From positions 1,212 to 42,617 of the forward strand of contig CAKKQA010000067.1 in the NCBI GenBank assembly GCA_919901925.1: 41,406 bases of DNA, in the 5' to 3' direction. Numbering within the stretch: the stretch's first letter is position 1; the number at the start of each line of letters is the position of its first letter. The DNA comes from Omnitrophica bacterium GWA2_41_15 (GTDB lineage: Bacteria; Omnitrophota; Gorgyraeia; Gygaellales; UBA12090). The notes below the pieces were generated by a model. The model had not been told where the DNA came from and did no database searches. It saw only the letters and a program-made list of their open reading frames with translations. Made by a program: the position numbers and the translations under genes. This document shows positions 17,992 to 27,567 of this stretch, piece after piece.

Positions 17992-18062
17992 GAGATTGCT
18001 TCGTCGCCTTATTTAAACGCAGGCTCCTCGCAATGACGGCTGTAAAATACACAGCCGTCATT
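17992..18062. repeat. CGTC-type element, half copy plus terminal hairpin
   Basis: GAGATTGCTTCGTC...CTCCTCGCAATGACG (17992-18038); 12-bp IR 18032-18043/18051-18062 containing the rplF TGA. Confidence 0.85.
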
Positions 18063-18597
18063 TCGTCGCGGCCTTTCCCAATTTCCTACGCACCTGTTCG
18101 CCAACGTAACGAATACCCTTACCTTTATACGGTTCCGGCGGGAAAATCCTGCGTATCTGGGAAGCGACTTCTCCGACTCTTTGTTTATCAATTCCTCTTA
18201 TTACTATACTAGTCGGCTTTGGCGTCTCGATTTTAATATCCGCCGGTATCGGAAAGTTAACAGGGTGAGAAAAACCCAGGATCAAAGTCAGATTATTTCC
18301 GTTAACAGCGGCGCGAAAACCAACGCCTTGAATTTCCATCTCTTTGGAAAAACCTTCAGAAACACCCTTAATCATATTATTAATAAGGCTGCGTGTCAAC
18401 CCGTGCAAGGATCTATCAACCCTTGACCGCAAAGGAGATTTGACAACGATTTGATTGTCACTTGACTCAACATTAACCCTGCCCGGGCATTCAAAAAATA
18501 ACTTCCCTTTTGATCCTTCTACGGTAATCGCGCTATCTTTAATATTAACTTTCACGCCCGAAGGGACTGTGATTATTTTTTTACCTATTCTAGACAT
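18058..18597 (-). CDS. rplF: 50S ribosomal protein L6
   Basis: MSRIGK, LGFSHP, PPEPYKGKGIRY. Confidence 0.98.
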   Translation of the reverse strand: MSRIGKKIITVPSGVKVNIKDSAITVEGSKGKLFFECPGRVNVESSDNQIVVKSPLRSRVDRSLHGLTRSLINNMIKGVSEGFSKEMEIQGVGFRAAVNGNNLTLILGFSHPVNFPIPADIKIETPKPTSIVIRGIDKQRVGEVASQIRRIFPPEPYKGKGIRYVGEQVRRKLGKAATK

Positions 18598-18629
18598 TTT
18601 TTATATTTTATATTATGCTTTGAATGCGT

Positions 18630-19031
18630 TTACCAGATGTAACAAATAACTTCTCCGCCTATTTTCTGTTCTCTTGCCTGTCTATCTGTCATCAGGCCCT
18701 TAGAAGTTGTAATAATCGAAATGCCGTAACCTTTCAACACATAAGGCACTTTATCTTTTTTAGCATAAAGCCTTAAACCCGAGCGGGAAGCCCTGCGTAA
18801 ACCCTTAATAACCGCGGTACCATCCGTATCATACTTCGGATAAACTTTTATAGTCTTACGGCCTGTTTGCGCGTCTTGTTCCCTGTAATTTTCCAAATAA
18901 CCTCTATCCTTCATGATTTCTATAATCGCTTTATTAGTTTTAGAAGCAGTAACTACCACAGAGTCCTTATTAACCATAATAGCGTTCCTGATCATTGTCA
19001 GCATTTCTGCTATAGAATCTGTCCGTGCCAT
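18630..19031 (-). CDS. rpsH: 30S ribosomal protein S8
   Basis: DSIAEMLTMIRNA, TSKGLMTD, GGEVICYIW. Confidence 0.97.
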   Translation of the reverse strand: MARTDSIAEMLTMIRNAIMVNKDSVVVTASKTNKAIIEIMKDRGYLENYREQDAQTGRKTIKVYPKYDTDGTAVIKGLRRASRSGLRLYAKKDKVPYVLKGYGISIITTSKGLMTDRQAREQKIGGEVICYIW

Positions 19032-19100
19032 TGTTCTCCTGATTTACAAGTTAATTATAAGTTAAATCTTTAAAATGTTTTCTATCGCTCATCGCAAACT

Positions 19101-19155
19101 GTAGGTGACGGTCGCGGCCGTCCCCTACGTTTGGGCGGCTAAGCAATCTCGTTTT
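19101..19155. repeat. GTAG-type REP hairpin plus degenerate CGTC-element fragment
   Basis: GTAGGTGACGG-TCGCGG-CCGTCCCCTAC (19101-19128), then AAGCAATCTCGTTTT matching the inner arm of the CGTC element. Confidence 0.7.
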
Positions 19156-19166
19156 TATACTTAAGA

Positions 19167-19352
19167 CTACCAGCTCGCCTTTTTAACGCCGGGAATCAAC
19201 CCCTGCCAGACTAACTCTCTAAAACAGATACGGCAAAGTTTAAACCTGCGGTAAAAACCTCCCGAACGGCCGCATATGGCGCAGCGATTATATTTGCGGC
19301 TTGAAAATTTAGGCACTCTTTTCCAGCGAGCTAACTGTGATTGTTTAGCCAT
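19167..19352 (-). CDS. rpsN: 30S ribosomal protein S14, short Zn-binding (type Z) form
   Basis: 61 aa; RCAICGR...LCRICFRE...KASW. Confidence 0.97.
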   Translation of the reverse strand: MAKQSQLARWKRVPKFSSRKYNRCAICGRSGGFYRRFKLCRICFRELVWQGLIPGVKKASW

Positions 19353-19361
19353 ATAATTTTA

Positions 19362-19916
19362 CTACTCTCTTTCCCTGTTTTGAAACGGCATACCGCATAA
19401 CCTTAATAACTCTTTAACCTCTTCGATACTTTTTGAGTTAGTTACAATTGTAATATCCATACCCTGTACCCGTGAAATCCTGTCCACATCAAGTTCAGGG
19501 AATATAGACTGGTCTTTTATCCCCAGGCTGTAATTACCGCCCTTATCAAATGAATCATCCGGCACGCCGCGGAAATCGCGCACGCGCGGCAGGGCGACGT
19601 TTATCAGCCGGTCAAGAAATTCATACATAATCTTACGCCTCAATGTAACCTTACATCCTATAGGCAGATTTTCCCTTATCTTAAAATTAGCGATGGCTTT
19701 TTTCGACCTGCGCATAAGCGGCCTTTGGCCTGTTATAGAGGCGAGTTCTTCCATTGCCCTATCCAATATTTTTACATCGGCGATGGCTTCTCCGACTCCC
19801 ATATTAACAACTACCTTACGGAAGGAAGGAACCTGCATGGGGCTTTTGTAATTAAACTTCTCCCGCATCGCGGGGACTATCTCTTTACGGTATTTTTCTA
19901 ATAAACGCGGTGTCAT
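19362..19916 (-). CDS. rplE: 50S ribosomal protein L5
   Basis: [28 protein letters not shown]; start set at ATG 19916 (ATGA overlap with rplX). Confidence 0.97.
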   Translation of the reverse strand: MTPRLLEKYRKEIVPAMREKFNYKSPMQVPSFRKVVVNMGVGEAIADVKILDRAMEELASITGQRPLMRRSKKAIANFKIRENLPIGCKVTLRRKIMYEFLDRLINVALPRVRDFRGVPDDSFDKGGNYSLGIKDQSIFPELDVDRISRVQGMDITIVTNSKSIEEVKELLRLCGMPFQNRERE

Positions 19917-20224
19917 ATTGTTTGATTGCACCTTTTGCAAATCCTGATTTTTGTTTTATCCGCCGAAACGCTATATCCAACCCTTACCGGCTTTTCGCAA
20001 GCCTTACAATAAGGCATTACATTTGAAATCGAAAACGGCCTTTCTATACTGACAATCCCGCCCTGTTGATTATCACGGGTAGCGCGCATATGTTTTTTAA
20101 GCATATTAACCCCTTCAACCAGGACTCTGTTCTTTTCTTTAAAGACAGTGAGCACCTTTCCGGTCTTTCCCTTATCTTTACCCGAAGTTACCTTTACTAT
20201 ATCGTTTTTCTTTATTCTATTCAT
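19913..20224 (-). CDS. rplX: 50S ribosomal protein L24
   Basis: KOW motif [15 protein letters not shown]; C-terminal CKAC...CKRC. Confidence 0.97.
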   Translation of the reverse strand: MNRIKKNDIVKVTSGKDKGKTGKVLTVFKEKNRVLVEGVNMLKKHMRATRDNQQGGIVSIERPFSISNVMPYCKACEKPVRVGYSVSADKTKIRICKRCNQTI

Positions 20225-20227
20225 TTT

Positions 20228-20320
20228 TAGTTAGCCAGTTAGCCAGTTGACCAGTTGACCAGTTAGCGGTTAATTTTGTCTTTTAACCGGCAAACTGGTG
20301 AACAGGTTAACCGGAAAACC
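20228..20320. repeat. 8-mer inverted tandem array element, copy D
   Basis: Left units GTTAGCCA/GTTGACCA, spacer GCGGTTAATTTTGTCTTT, four inverted units. Confidence 0.9.
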
Positions 20321-20334
20321 AAAAGATTTATAAA

Positions 20335-20703
20335 CTAAATAACTTCCGGCGCCAATGATACTATTTTCATGAAATTCTTATCCCGCAATTCTCTTGCCAC
20401 CGGGCCAAATACGCGTGTTCCCCTGGGATTACCTTGCACGTCGATAAGCACAATCGCGTTATTGTCAAACCTTAAATATGAGCCGTCCGGCCTTTTAATC
20501 GCTTTTTTAGTCCGCACAATCACAGCCCTTGCCTTCTCGCCTTTTTTTACCGCGGCATCAGGAACTGATTCTCTGACAGCCACATTAATAACTTCAGCGA
20601 TATTAGCGTACTTACAATTCTTCTTGCCCAAAACGCCTATATAATAAGCCTTTTTGGCCCCTGTATTATCTGCCACGTCTAAAAGTGTCTTTAAGAATAT
20701 CAT
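20335..20703 (-). CDS. rplN: 50S ribosomal protein L14
   Basis: [39 protein letters not shown]. Confidence 0.98.
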   Translation of the reverse strand: MIFLKTLLDVADNTGAKKAYYIGVLGKKNCKYANIAEVINVAVRESVPDAAVKKGEKARAVIVRTKKAIKRPDGSYLRFDNNAIVLIDVQGNPRGTRVFGPVARELRDKNFMKIVSLAPEVI

Positions 20704-20705
20704 GT

Positions 20706-20806
20706 TAGTTACCCGGTTACCCGGTTACCCAGTTACCCTGTTACCCTGTTGGCGGTTATTTTTATCTTTTAACCGGCAAACTGGCAAACAGGTTAACTGG
20801 CTAACT
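20706..20806. repeat. 8-mer inverted tandem array element, copy E
   Basis: Five GTTACCCN units, spacer GCGGTTATTTTTATCTTT, inverted units; includes the last codon and TAG of rpsQ. Confidence 0.9.
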
Positions 20807-21058
20807 TGCATTATTTTTTTTGACAATTTCTAACAAACGCCAGCATTTTTCTTTTGACAACGGTTTTGTCTCAATAATCTTTACTCCATCGCCGATTTTC
20901 GCGCTATTCTCTTCGTCGTGCGCTTTATACTTCTTGAATTTCTTGATGGTTTTGCCGTAATTTGGATCCTTGGTCAGCCTTTCCACGCGGACCACAATCG
21001 TCTTTTTCATCTTATCGCTTACTACAATCCCTGCCCTGATCTTTTTGTTGCTTCTCAT
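20801..21058 (-). CDS. rpsQ: 30S ribosomal protein S17
   Basis: [26 protein letters not shown]. Confidence 0.97.
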   Translation of the reverse strand: MRSNKKIRAGIVVSDKMKKTIVVRVERLTKDPNYGKTIKKFKKYKAHDEENSAKIGDGVKIIETKPLSKEKCWRLLEIVKKNNAS

Positions 21059-21065
21059 TTGTTTT

Positions 21066-21159
21066 TAGTTAGCCAGTTAACCAGTTAGCCAGTTAGCCAG
21101 TTAGCGGTTAATTTTATCTTTTAACCGGTAAACTGGCAAACAGGCTAACTAGCTAACTA
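21066..21159. repeat. 8-mer inverted tandem array element, copy F
   Basis: TAGTTAGCCA...GCGGTTAATTTTATCTTT TAACCGGT...TAACTA. Confidence 0.9.
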
Positions 21160-21170
21160 ACTTTTATAAT

Positions 21171-21362
21171 TTACTTGTTTTTTATCTTGTTCAAAACTGT
21201 TTTAATACGGGCGACGTCTTTTCTTAGCAGCGTAAACATATGCGGCTTCTCAACTCTGCCGCTATAACGCTGGTAATTAAAGTTATAAAGCTGTTCCTTG
21301 AGCTTTTTTTCTTTTTCCAGCAATTCCGCTTCGCTTAAGCCTTCTATCTCTTTGTATTTCAT
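21171..21362 (-). CDS. rpmC: 50S ribosomal protein L29
   Basis: 63 aa, RKDVARIKTVL; located between rplP and rpsQ. Confidence 0.93.
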   Translation of the reverse strand: MKYKEIEGLSEAELLEKEKKLKEQLYNFNYQRYSGRVEKPHMFTLLRKDVARIKTVLNKIKNK

Positions 21363-21363
21363 T

Positions 21364-21777
21364 TTAACGCTGCCTTGTTACGAATTTTGTCCTAAATGGA
21401 AGTTTAAAAGCGCACAAACGAAACGCGTTCTGCGCGATTATCTCGGGCACACCACCAATTTCCAATAACACCCTGCCTTTTTTGACTACACTTACCCAAT
21501 GGTCAAGGTCGCCCTTGCCCTTTCCTTGACGGGTTTCCGCGGGCTTCTTAGTAACTGACTTGTCAGGGAAAACCTTAATCCATAGCTTTCCGCCGCCATG
21601 AAGCTGACGGGCAACTATAACCCTCATAGCCTCAAGCTGTGTATTCTTAAGCCAGGCATTCTCCAATGACTTCAACCCGAACTCGCCGAACTTTACTTCT
21701 GAGCCTCTGGTTGAAACACCCCCGCGCTTTCCTCTCTGGCTCTTGCGGTATTTTACTCTTTTCGGCATTAATGGCAT
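21364..21777 (-). CDS. rplP: 50S ribosomal protein L16
   Basis: LMPKRVKYRK, FGEFGL, FPDK, KPAETRQGKGKG. Confidence 0.98.
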   Translation of the reverse strand: MPLMPKRVKYRKSQRGKRGGVSTRGSEVKFGEFGLKSLENAWLKNTQLEAMRVIVARQLHGGGKLWIKVFPDKSVTKKPAETRQGKGKGDLDHWVSVVKKGRVLLEIGGVPEIIAQNAFRLCAFKLPFRTKFVTRQR

Positions 21778-21793
21778 TTTATTTTACTCCAGC

Positions 21794-22474
21794 TTATGCT
21801 ATTGGCGTTCCTTGAGATACAACAGGCTTCTTTTGCTGTTTAGGAGTAAAGAAAATATCTCCTTTATATACCCAAGCCTTTACTCCTATAAGGCCGTAAG
21901 TGGTCATGGCCTCTGTAAAACCGTAATCTATGTCAGCCCTTAAAGTAGATAAAGGAATTTTGCCTTGTTTGTATGTTTCCGTGCGTGACATCTCCGCGCC
22001 GCCTAACCTTCCGGCCGCGGAAATCTTAATCCCTTTTGCCCCAGACTGCATAGCCTGTTCTATCGCCCTCTTCATAGCCCTGCGAAAAGCGATTCTTTTT
22101 TCCAGCTGTAAAGCGACATTTTCCGCGATCAATTGAGCTTCAACGGATGGCTCCTTGACTTCGATTATGTCTACAGCCAATTCCTGTTTTAATAATCCGT
22201 TAAGATCCTCGCGCAGCTTTTCAATATCCGCGCCATGGCGGCCGATTATAAGCCCGGGCCTGGCGGAATGTATCTTAATTCTGATTTTATCCGTCATCCT
22301 TTCAATAATTATCCGGGCTATTGCCGCCTGCTTAAATCTCTTCTTTATAAGACGGCGCACCTTATAATCTTGTTCTATGAATTTAGCGTAATCCTGCCTT
22401 TTGGAATACCAGACACTCAGCCAATTTTTTGTATATCCTATTCTTTGTAATAACGGACTAACTTTTTGTCCCAT
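21794..22474 (-). CDS. rpsC: 30S ribosomal protein S3
   Basis: MGQKV, RPGLIIG, GRLGGAEMSR, TLRADIDYG. Confidence 0.98.
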   Translation of the reverse strand: MGQKVSPLLQRIGYTKNWLSVWYSKRQDYAKFIEQDYKVRRLIKKRFKQAAIARIIIERMTDKIRIKIHSARPGLIIGRHGADIEKLREDLNGLLKQELAVDIIEVKEPSVEAQLIAENVALQLEKRIAFRRAMKRAIEQAMQSGAKGIKISAAGRLGGAEMSRTETYKQGKIPLSTLRADIDYGFTEAMTTYGLIGVKAWVYKGDIFFTPKQQKKPVVSQGTPIA

Positions 22475-22497
22475 ATTTACTCCAATAATATTATGTT

Positions 22498-22551
22498 AGG
22501 TTAAAGGTGAAAGGTTTTAGGTGAAAGGAAATAAAACACCTTTAACCTTTT
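22498..22551. repeat. 7-mer inverted array, variant unit AGGTKAA
   Basis: AGGTTAA AGGTGAA AGGTTTT AGGTGAA AGG-spacer-CACCTTTAACCTTT; contains the rplV stop. Confidence 0.75.
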
Positions 22552-22874
22552 AAATCTAATTCCACCGTAATATGCGCTGTCCTTCTTCTTATTTTTGCCG
22601 CTCTTCCGAATGCGGCAGCTTTAAACCTTTTCCACATCGGCCCGACGTCCGCGGATATCTTTGAAATATAAAGCTGTTCAGGTTTAAAACCTTTGACTTG
22701 CGCGTTACTTACTGCTGATTTCAAGGTCTTACGAATGTGGCGCACCGCGCCTTTATTAATATTTAATAATAAGCCATCCGCGGTGAGGACATCCTTACCT
22801 CTAACCACATTGATTACTTCTCTCACTTTTGAAGGTGATATCTTAATATGTTTGGCTATTGCCCTAACTATCAT
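22542..22874 (-). CDS. rplV: 50S ribosomal protein L22
   Basis: ISPSKVREV, SAVSNA, HITVEL; start set at ATG 22874, 1 nt after the rpsS stop. Confidence 0.96.
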   Translation of the reverse strand: MIVRAIAKHIKISPSKVREVINVVRGKDVLTADGLLLNINKGAVRHIRKTLKSAVSNAQVKGFKPEQLYISKISADVGPMWKRFKAAAFGRAAKIRRRTAHITVELDLKG

Positions 22875-22875
22875 T

Positions 22876-23163
22876 TTATGTCTTTTCCGCGGCTTTCTTT
22901 GCCTTGATGCCGCCGTGCTTCCTGAACACTCTCGTCGGAGCAAATTCCCCTAATTTATGGCCGACCATATTTTCGGTAATAAAAATCGGTATATGCCTTC
23001 TGCCATCATATACGGCAATGGTTAAACCCACAAAATCAGGGCTGATGGTGGAACGCCTATACCAAGTCTTTATAGGAGTACGTGTGCCTGCCCTTTTTGC
23101 TCGTTCTACTTTTTCCTGCAACTTTACGTCTATATAAGGCCCTTTTTTAAGTGAACGTGGCAT
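22876..23163 (-). CDS. rpsS: 30S ribosomal protein S19
   Basis: [21 protein letters not shown]. Confidence 0.98.
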   Translation of the reverse strand: MPRSLKKGPYIDVKLQEKVERAKRAGTRTPIKTWYRRSTISPDFVGLTIAVYDGRRHIPIFITENMVGHKLGEFAPTRVFRKHGGIKAKKAAEKT

Positions 23164-23184
23164 TTTTCCTCGCTTAGTTCAAAT

Positions 23185-23214
23185 GTAGGAAACGATTCCA
23201 GAACCGTCCTCTAC
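23185..23214. repeat. Degenerate GTAG-type REP hairpin
   Basis: GTAGGAAACG...CCGTCCTCTAC, similar to 9610-9637 and 19101-19128. Confidence 0.55.
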
Positions 23215-23216
23215 AC

Positions 23217-24050
23217 TTATTTCCTTCTCTTAACAATAAACTTATTAGAATACCTGTTATGTTTGCGCGTTTTATAACCTTTAGTCGGTTGGCCCCATGG
23301 AGAAACAGGATGAGGATTACCTTGACCGGATTTACCTTCACCGCCGCCGTGCGGATGGTCGACAGGATTCATCGCTAAACCTCTGACTGTCGGCCTGATA
23401 CCAAGCCATCTGCTTCTGCCGGCTTTCCCTATTGTAATCGAACCATGGTCAATATTAGAAACCTGTCCGATTGTCGCCCGGCAATCAAGATGAGCTAACC
23501 TTACTTCCCCGGAAGGTAATTTCACATGAGCGAAATCGCCTTCTTTCGCGGTTACATTTGCCAAGGCGCCCGCGCTTCGAACAATCTGCCCGCCTTGGCC
23601 TTTAACTAATTCTATATTATGAACCGGCGTGCCTAAAGGAATAAATCTTAAAGGAAGGCAATTTCCCGGTTTAATTTCTGTTTCAGGATTACGCGTACTG
23701 ATTATTGTGTCTCCGACTTTTAAATCGTATGGCGCCAGGCAATATCTTTTTTCATGATCCTCGTATTCGACTAACGCGATTCTGGCAGACCTGTTGGGAT
23801 CATACTCTATAGTTAATACCTTCGCGGGCATATCCAATTTATCGCGTTTAAAATCAATAAGCCGGTACATCTTTTTATGGCCGCCGCCCTGATGCCTGAC
23901 GGTAATCCTGCCGTAGCAATTTCTTCCCCCGGTCCTCTTATGCACACGCAAAAGCGGCTTATATGGCTTATCAGTGGTCAACTCTTCGAAAGTCGAAACA
24001 CTCATCCATCTTTGACCAGGCGTTGTTGGTTTTAATTTATTTATACCCAT
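23217..24050 (-). CDS. rplB: 50S ribosomal protein L2
   Basis: [32 protein letters not shown]. Confidence 0.99.
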   Translation of the reverse strand: MGINKLKPTTPGQRWMSVSTFEELTTDKPYKPLLRVHKRTGGRNCYGRITVRHQGGGHKKMYRLIDFKRDKLDMPAKVLTIEYDPNRSARIALVEYEDHEKRYCLAPYDLKVGDTIISTRNPETEIKPGNCLPLRFIPLGTPVHNIELVKGQGGQIVRSAGALANVTAKEGDFAHVKLPSGEVRLAHLDCRATIGQVSNIDHGSITIGKAGRSRWLGIRPTVRGLAMNPVDHPHGGGEGKSGQGNPHPVSPWGQPTKGYKTRKHNRYSNKFIVKRRK

Positions 24051-24088
24051 CTTCTTTTATGATTGATTCCTTAAGCTAAACCCTAAAT

Positions 24089-24373
24089 TTAAGTTACGTC
24101 TATCTTATGGCCTTCTTTTAAAGTAACATAAGCCTTTTTGCGGTCGGCTTCATATCCTGCCTGATAGCGCACCTTGCGTAATTTTCCGCCGGATATTTTT
24201 GTGTTCACCGACTGCACCTTGACTTTATAAATTTCTTCGACAGCGTTTTTAATCTGAATTTTGTTTGCCCTGTCGCTGACAAGGAACAAATATTTGCGCT
24301 GGGATTCTAAAAGTGTCGCTTTTTCGCTGCGCAGTAAAGTTTTAAGTATATCATACGAAGTCATGTTTGTCAT
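24089..24373 (-). CDS. rplW: 50S ribosomal protein L23
   Basis: ANKIQIKNAVEEIYKVKV, KKAYVTL; start may be the second Met (24364). Confidence 0.95.
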   Translation of the reverse strand: MTNMTSYDILKTLLRSEKATLLESQRKYLFLVSDRANKIQIKNAVEEIYKVKVQSVNTKISGGKLRKVRYQAGYEADRKKAYVTLKEGHKIDVT

Positions 24374-24383
24374 CTTTTTTTAT

Positions 24384-25055
24384 TTATATTTGTACTCTGT
24401 GTTTTAAGATACTAAGCGCGTCTTTTAATATAATCACCTTCGAGCTTTTCATAACATCCAGCGCGTTTAAACATCCTGCCTCCTGAATAACCAAACCCGG
24501 AATATTTCTTGAGGCGCGCCTTATCGCGTTATCCTTACTTTTTAAAACGATCAAAGCCTTACTGCCGCTTTTAAGGAAATTCAATATTTTTTGAATATCT
24601 TTTGTCTTGGCAATTTTATCGCTGGGAATCTCTTCCAACACAACCACTTTATGTTCGCTCTTTTCAATCAACGCCGACAGAAGAGCAAGCTTCTTTATTT
24701 TTGGAGATAACGTGTAGCTAAAATCTCTCGGATGCGGCCCAAAAACCACGCCACCGTGGCGCCACAAAGGAGAACGTATAGACCCGGCCCTTGCCCTGCC
24801 TGTGCCTTTTTGCTTCCAAGGCTTTTTTCCGCCGCCTGAGACTTCACCAATTGTTTTAGTCGAGGCAAGCCCTTTGCGTTGATTGGCAAGGTACATTTTA
24901 ATAGTTTCGGTCAATACAGGATGATTTACCTTGCCGCCAAAAGGCGACTTTATTTCTTCGATCTTTTGGCCAGAAACATTATAGATAACTAAAGTATTTT
25001 CTTTCTCCGGCATTTTCTCTTTTGTTTGCTTTGCTTTGAGTTCTTTTATTGGCAT
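24384..25055 (-). CDS. rplD: 50S ribosomal protein L4
   Basis: VSGGGKKPWKQKGTGRARAGSIRSP, GGVVFGP; exact start uncertain. Confidence 0.97.
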   Translation of the reverse strand: MPIKELKAKQTKEKMPEKENTLVIYNVSGQKIEEIKSPFGGKVNHPVLTETIKMYLANQRKGLASTKTIGEVSGGGKKPWKQKGTGRARAGSIRSPLWRHGGVVFGPHPRDFSYTLSPKIKKLALLSALIEKSEHKVVVLEEIPSDKIAKTKDIQKILNFLKSGSKALIVLKSKDNAIRRASRNIPGLVIQEAGCLNALDVMKSSKVIILKDALSILKHRVQI

Positions 25056-25072
25056 TGTTGTCCTATTCCCCG

Positions 25073-25774
25073 TTATTTTTTCACAGAGGCGCTTTGCTTC
25101 TTGGCATCTTTCTTCCCGGCTTCAGCTTTTTGTTCGGCTATTATCGGCCGGATAACCTGGCGTGTATGTTTTGTAGTTTTACGCACAATCAAATAACTAT
25201 TCTTATGCCCAGGGACAGCACCTTTGACTATCAGAAGATTATTCTCCGGATCAACTTTTATTACCCGTAGGCCGCTGACCGTCACCGCTATGTTACCCAT
25301 ATGCCCGGGCATGTGATGCCCTTTAATAGTCCTGCCGGGAGTGGTGCTTGAGCCGATTGAACCTGCACGGCGATGGCTTGTTGAACCGTGAGTTTTCGGG
25401 CCGCCATCCCAATGCCAGCGCTTCATGCCGCCCTGAAAGCCTTTACCTATGGAAATCCCCGAACAATCAACTTTTTCATTAGGCGTGAACACATCAACTT
25501 TTATTTCCTGGCCAACCTGATATTGTTGATCTTTTACTTTAGGGACTTCTTTCAAAAACTTTCTGGGCTTGACATTGGCCTTCTTAAACAAACCCATCCG
25601 GGGTTTCGAAACTGCTTTTTCTTTGACGTCGCCAAAACCAAGCAACACACTCTTCTCTTTAACCGCGATAACCAAACAAGGCCCTGCTTCAATAACAGTC
25701 ACAGGGACTATCCTGCCTGAATCGTCGAATATTTGAGTCATTCCTATTTTCTTGCCTAATAATCTTATAGTCAT
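25073..25774 (-). CDS. rplC: 50S ribosomal protein L3
   Basis: GKKIGMTQ, GKGFQG, MPGHMG, VKGAVPG. Confidence 0.98.
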   Translation of the reverse strand: MTIRLLGKKIGMTQIFDDSGRIVPVTVIEAGPCLVIAVKEKSVLLGFGDVKEKAVSKPRMGLFKKANVKPRKFLKEVPKVKDQQYQVGQEIKVDVFTPNEKVDCSGISIGKGFQGGMKRWHWDGGPKTHGSTSHRRAGSIGSSTTPGRTIKGHHMPGHMGNIAVTVSGLRVIKVDPENNLLIVKGAVPGHKNSYLIVRKTTKHTRQVIRPIIAEQKAEAGKKDAKKQSASVKK

Positions 25775-25831
25775 TTTTTTAATATATACTCGTTGTATAT
25801 CAAAAATTAATGCCCAGTTAAGGTTATGTCG

Positions 25832-25981
25832 AGGGTTAAGTGATAAGGGTAAAGGGTTACATAGGGTTAAGGGGTCAGGGTTAAGTGATAAGGAAAAGAA
25901 CAGAATATTAAAAAATACCCTATTTCTCCTTTTTTGTTTTTTATTTTTTCCTTACCGCTTAACCCTTACCGCTTACCCCTA
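25832..25981. repeat. 7-mer inverted tandem array element
   Basis: AGGGTTA/AGTGATA units, A-rich then T-rich spacer, CTTACCG/CTTAACC units; ends in the rpsJ TAG. Confidence 0.88.
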
Positions 25982-26278
25982 CTTTATCTCCGCGTCAACA
26001 CCCGCCGGCAGATTAAGTTTGCGCAAGGCATCGATTGTCTTTGACGTAGGTTCCCTTAATTCCAAAAGCCGCTTATGCGTAATAAGGTAGAACTGTTCAC
26101 GCGACTTTTTATCAATTACCGGGGAACGGTTTACAGTGTAAATCTCCCGTTTAACCGGTAAAGGTATAGGGCCCGAAACTACTGCTCCGCTTTTTTTGGC
26201 GGTCTCGACAATTTCCTCCACTGCCTGATCTAACAAGCGGTGGTCATATGCCTTTAGTTTTATTCTTATTTTTTGCAT
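25979..26278 (-). CDS. rpsJ: 30S ribosomal protein S10
   Basis: [32 protein letters not shown]. Confidence 0.98.
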   Translation of the reverse strand: MQKIRIKLKAYDHRLLDQAVEEIVETAKKSGAVVSGPIPLPVKREIYTVNRSPVIDKKSREQFYLITHKRLLELREPTSKTIDALRKLNLPAGVDAEIK

Positions 26279-26290
26279 GTATTCTCGATT

Positions 26291-26317
26291 GTAGGGGCAC
26301 GGCTGCCGTGCCCCTAC
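26291..26317. repeat. GTAG-type REP, perfect hairpin
   Basis: GTAGGGGCACGGC-T-GCCGTGCCCCTAC between tuf and rpsJ. Confidence 0.85.
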
Positions 26318-26324
26318 GGCGTAT

Positions 26325-27527
26325 TTACGCTATTATCTCCGAAACAACTCCCGCACCGACGGTATGCCCGCCTTCACGGATAGCAAAACGTGATTCTTTT
26401 TCCATAGCAATAGGCATAATCAGCTCAATTTCCAAATTGACGTTATCACCGGGCATAACCATTTCAACTCCTTCAGGAAGTTTCGCGCTTCCGGTAACAT
26501 CTGTGGTACGGAAATAAAACTGCGGGCGGTAACCGTTAAAAAACGGCGTGTGCCTTCCGCCTTCTTCCTTGGTCAAAATGTAAATCTGGGCCTTGAATTT
26601 GGTATGCGGCGTGATGGAACCGGGCGCTGCCAAAACCATGCCTCTTTCAAGAGTACTCTTATCAACGCCTCTTAAAAGCAAGCCGACATTATCGCCGGCT
26701 AACCCTTCATCAAGAAGCTTACGGAACATTTCAATGCCCGTAACAACCGTCTTGGTAACTTCAGGCTTCATACCGACGATATCAACGTTTTCATTAATCT
26801 TGACCTTACCGCGTTCAATCCTTCCGGTACCGACTGTCCCGCGGCCTTCGATTGAGAAAACATCTTCGATTGCCATCAAGAACGGCTTTTCAAGGTCTCT
26901 TTTCGGCAAAGGTATGAAGTCATCAACCGCTTTCATCAAATCGATTATTGGCTTGCAACTGGGGCAATCATCTTTTCCACAGGCGCAATTCATCGCGTTT
27001 AACGCCGAACCTTTGATAATAGGCGTTTTATCGCCGGGGAAATTATATTTTGTCAAAAGGTCCCTGACTTCCATCTCGACAAGGTCAATAAGCTCTTTGT
27101 CTTCGACCATATCAACCTTATTCATAAATACAACCATTGACGGAACGTTAACCTGACGGGCAAGTAGTATATGCTCTCTTGTCTGAGGCATCGGGCCGTC
27201 CGCCGCTGACACGACTAATATTGCCCCGTCCATCTGGGCCGCGCCGGTAATCATATTCTTGATGTAGTCGGCGTGTCCCGGGCAGTCGATGTGCGCGTAA
27301 TGCCGGGCCACTGTCTGATATTCAACGTGAGAAATATTTATCGTAACGCCGCGCTCTCTTTCTTCGGGAGCGTTATCGATTGAATCGTATGCCCTTGCTT
27401 CTGCCAGCCCTCTTTTGCTTAATACCATCGTTATCGCCGATGTGAGGGTTGTTTTACCATGATCAACGTGGCCGATGGTTCCGATATTAACATGTGGTTT
27501 TGACCTAACAAATTTTTCTTTAGCCAT
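26325..27527 (-). CDS. tuf: Elongation factor Tu
   Basis: [35 protein letters not shown]; SD AGGAGG upstream. Confidence 0.99.
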   Translation of the reverse strand: MAKEKFVRSKPHVNIGTIGHVDHGKTTLTSAITMVLSKRGLAEARAYDSIDNAPEERERGVTINISHVEYQTVARHYAHIDCPGHADYIKNMITGAAQMDGAILVVSAADGPMPQTREHILLARQVNVPSMVVFMNKVDMVEDKELIDLVEMEVRDLLTKYNFPGDKTPIIKGSALNAMNCACGKDDCPSCKPIIDLMKAVDDFIPLPKRDLEKPFLMAIEDVFSIEGRGTVGTGRIERGKVKINENVDIVGMKPEVTKTVVTGIEMFRKLLDEGLAGDNVGLLLRGVDKSTLERGMVLAAPGSITPHTKFKAQIYILTKEEGGRHTPFFNGYRPQFYFRTTDVTGSAKLPEGVEMVMPGDNVNLEIELIMPIAMEKESRFAIREGGHTVGAGVVSEIIA

Positions 27528-27567
27528 TATCCACCTCCTATTAAGTTATTGTTTAAAACCCTTGGTT

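Noticed and set aside
11536-20224. Zn-ribbon forms of S4, L36, S14, L24 and Adk as a novelty
   Set aside because: These Cys-containing forms are widespread.
20228-21159. CRISPR array
   Set aside because: Units are contiguous 8-mers without unique spacers, the intervening DNA is ribosomal protein genes, and no cas genes are present.
24071-24088. Possible 7-mer array remnant (TAAGCTAAACCCTAAA) between rplW and rplB
   Set aside because: Only about two degenerate units; could be chance.
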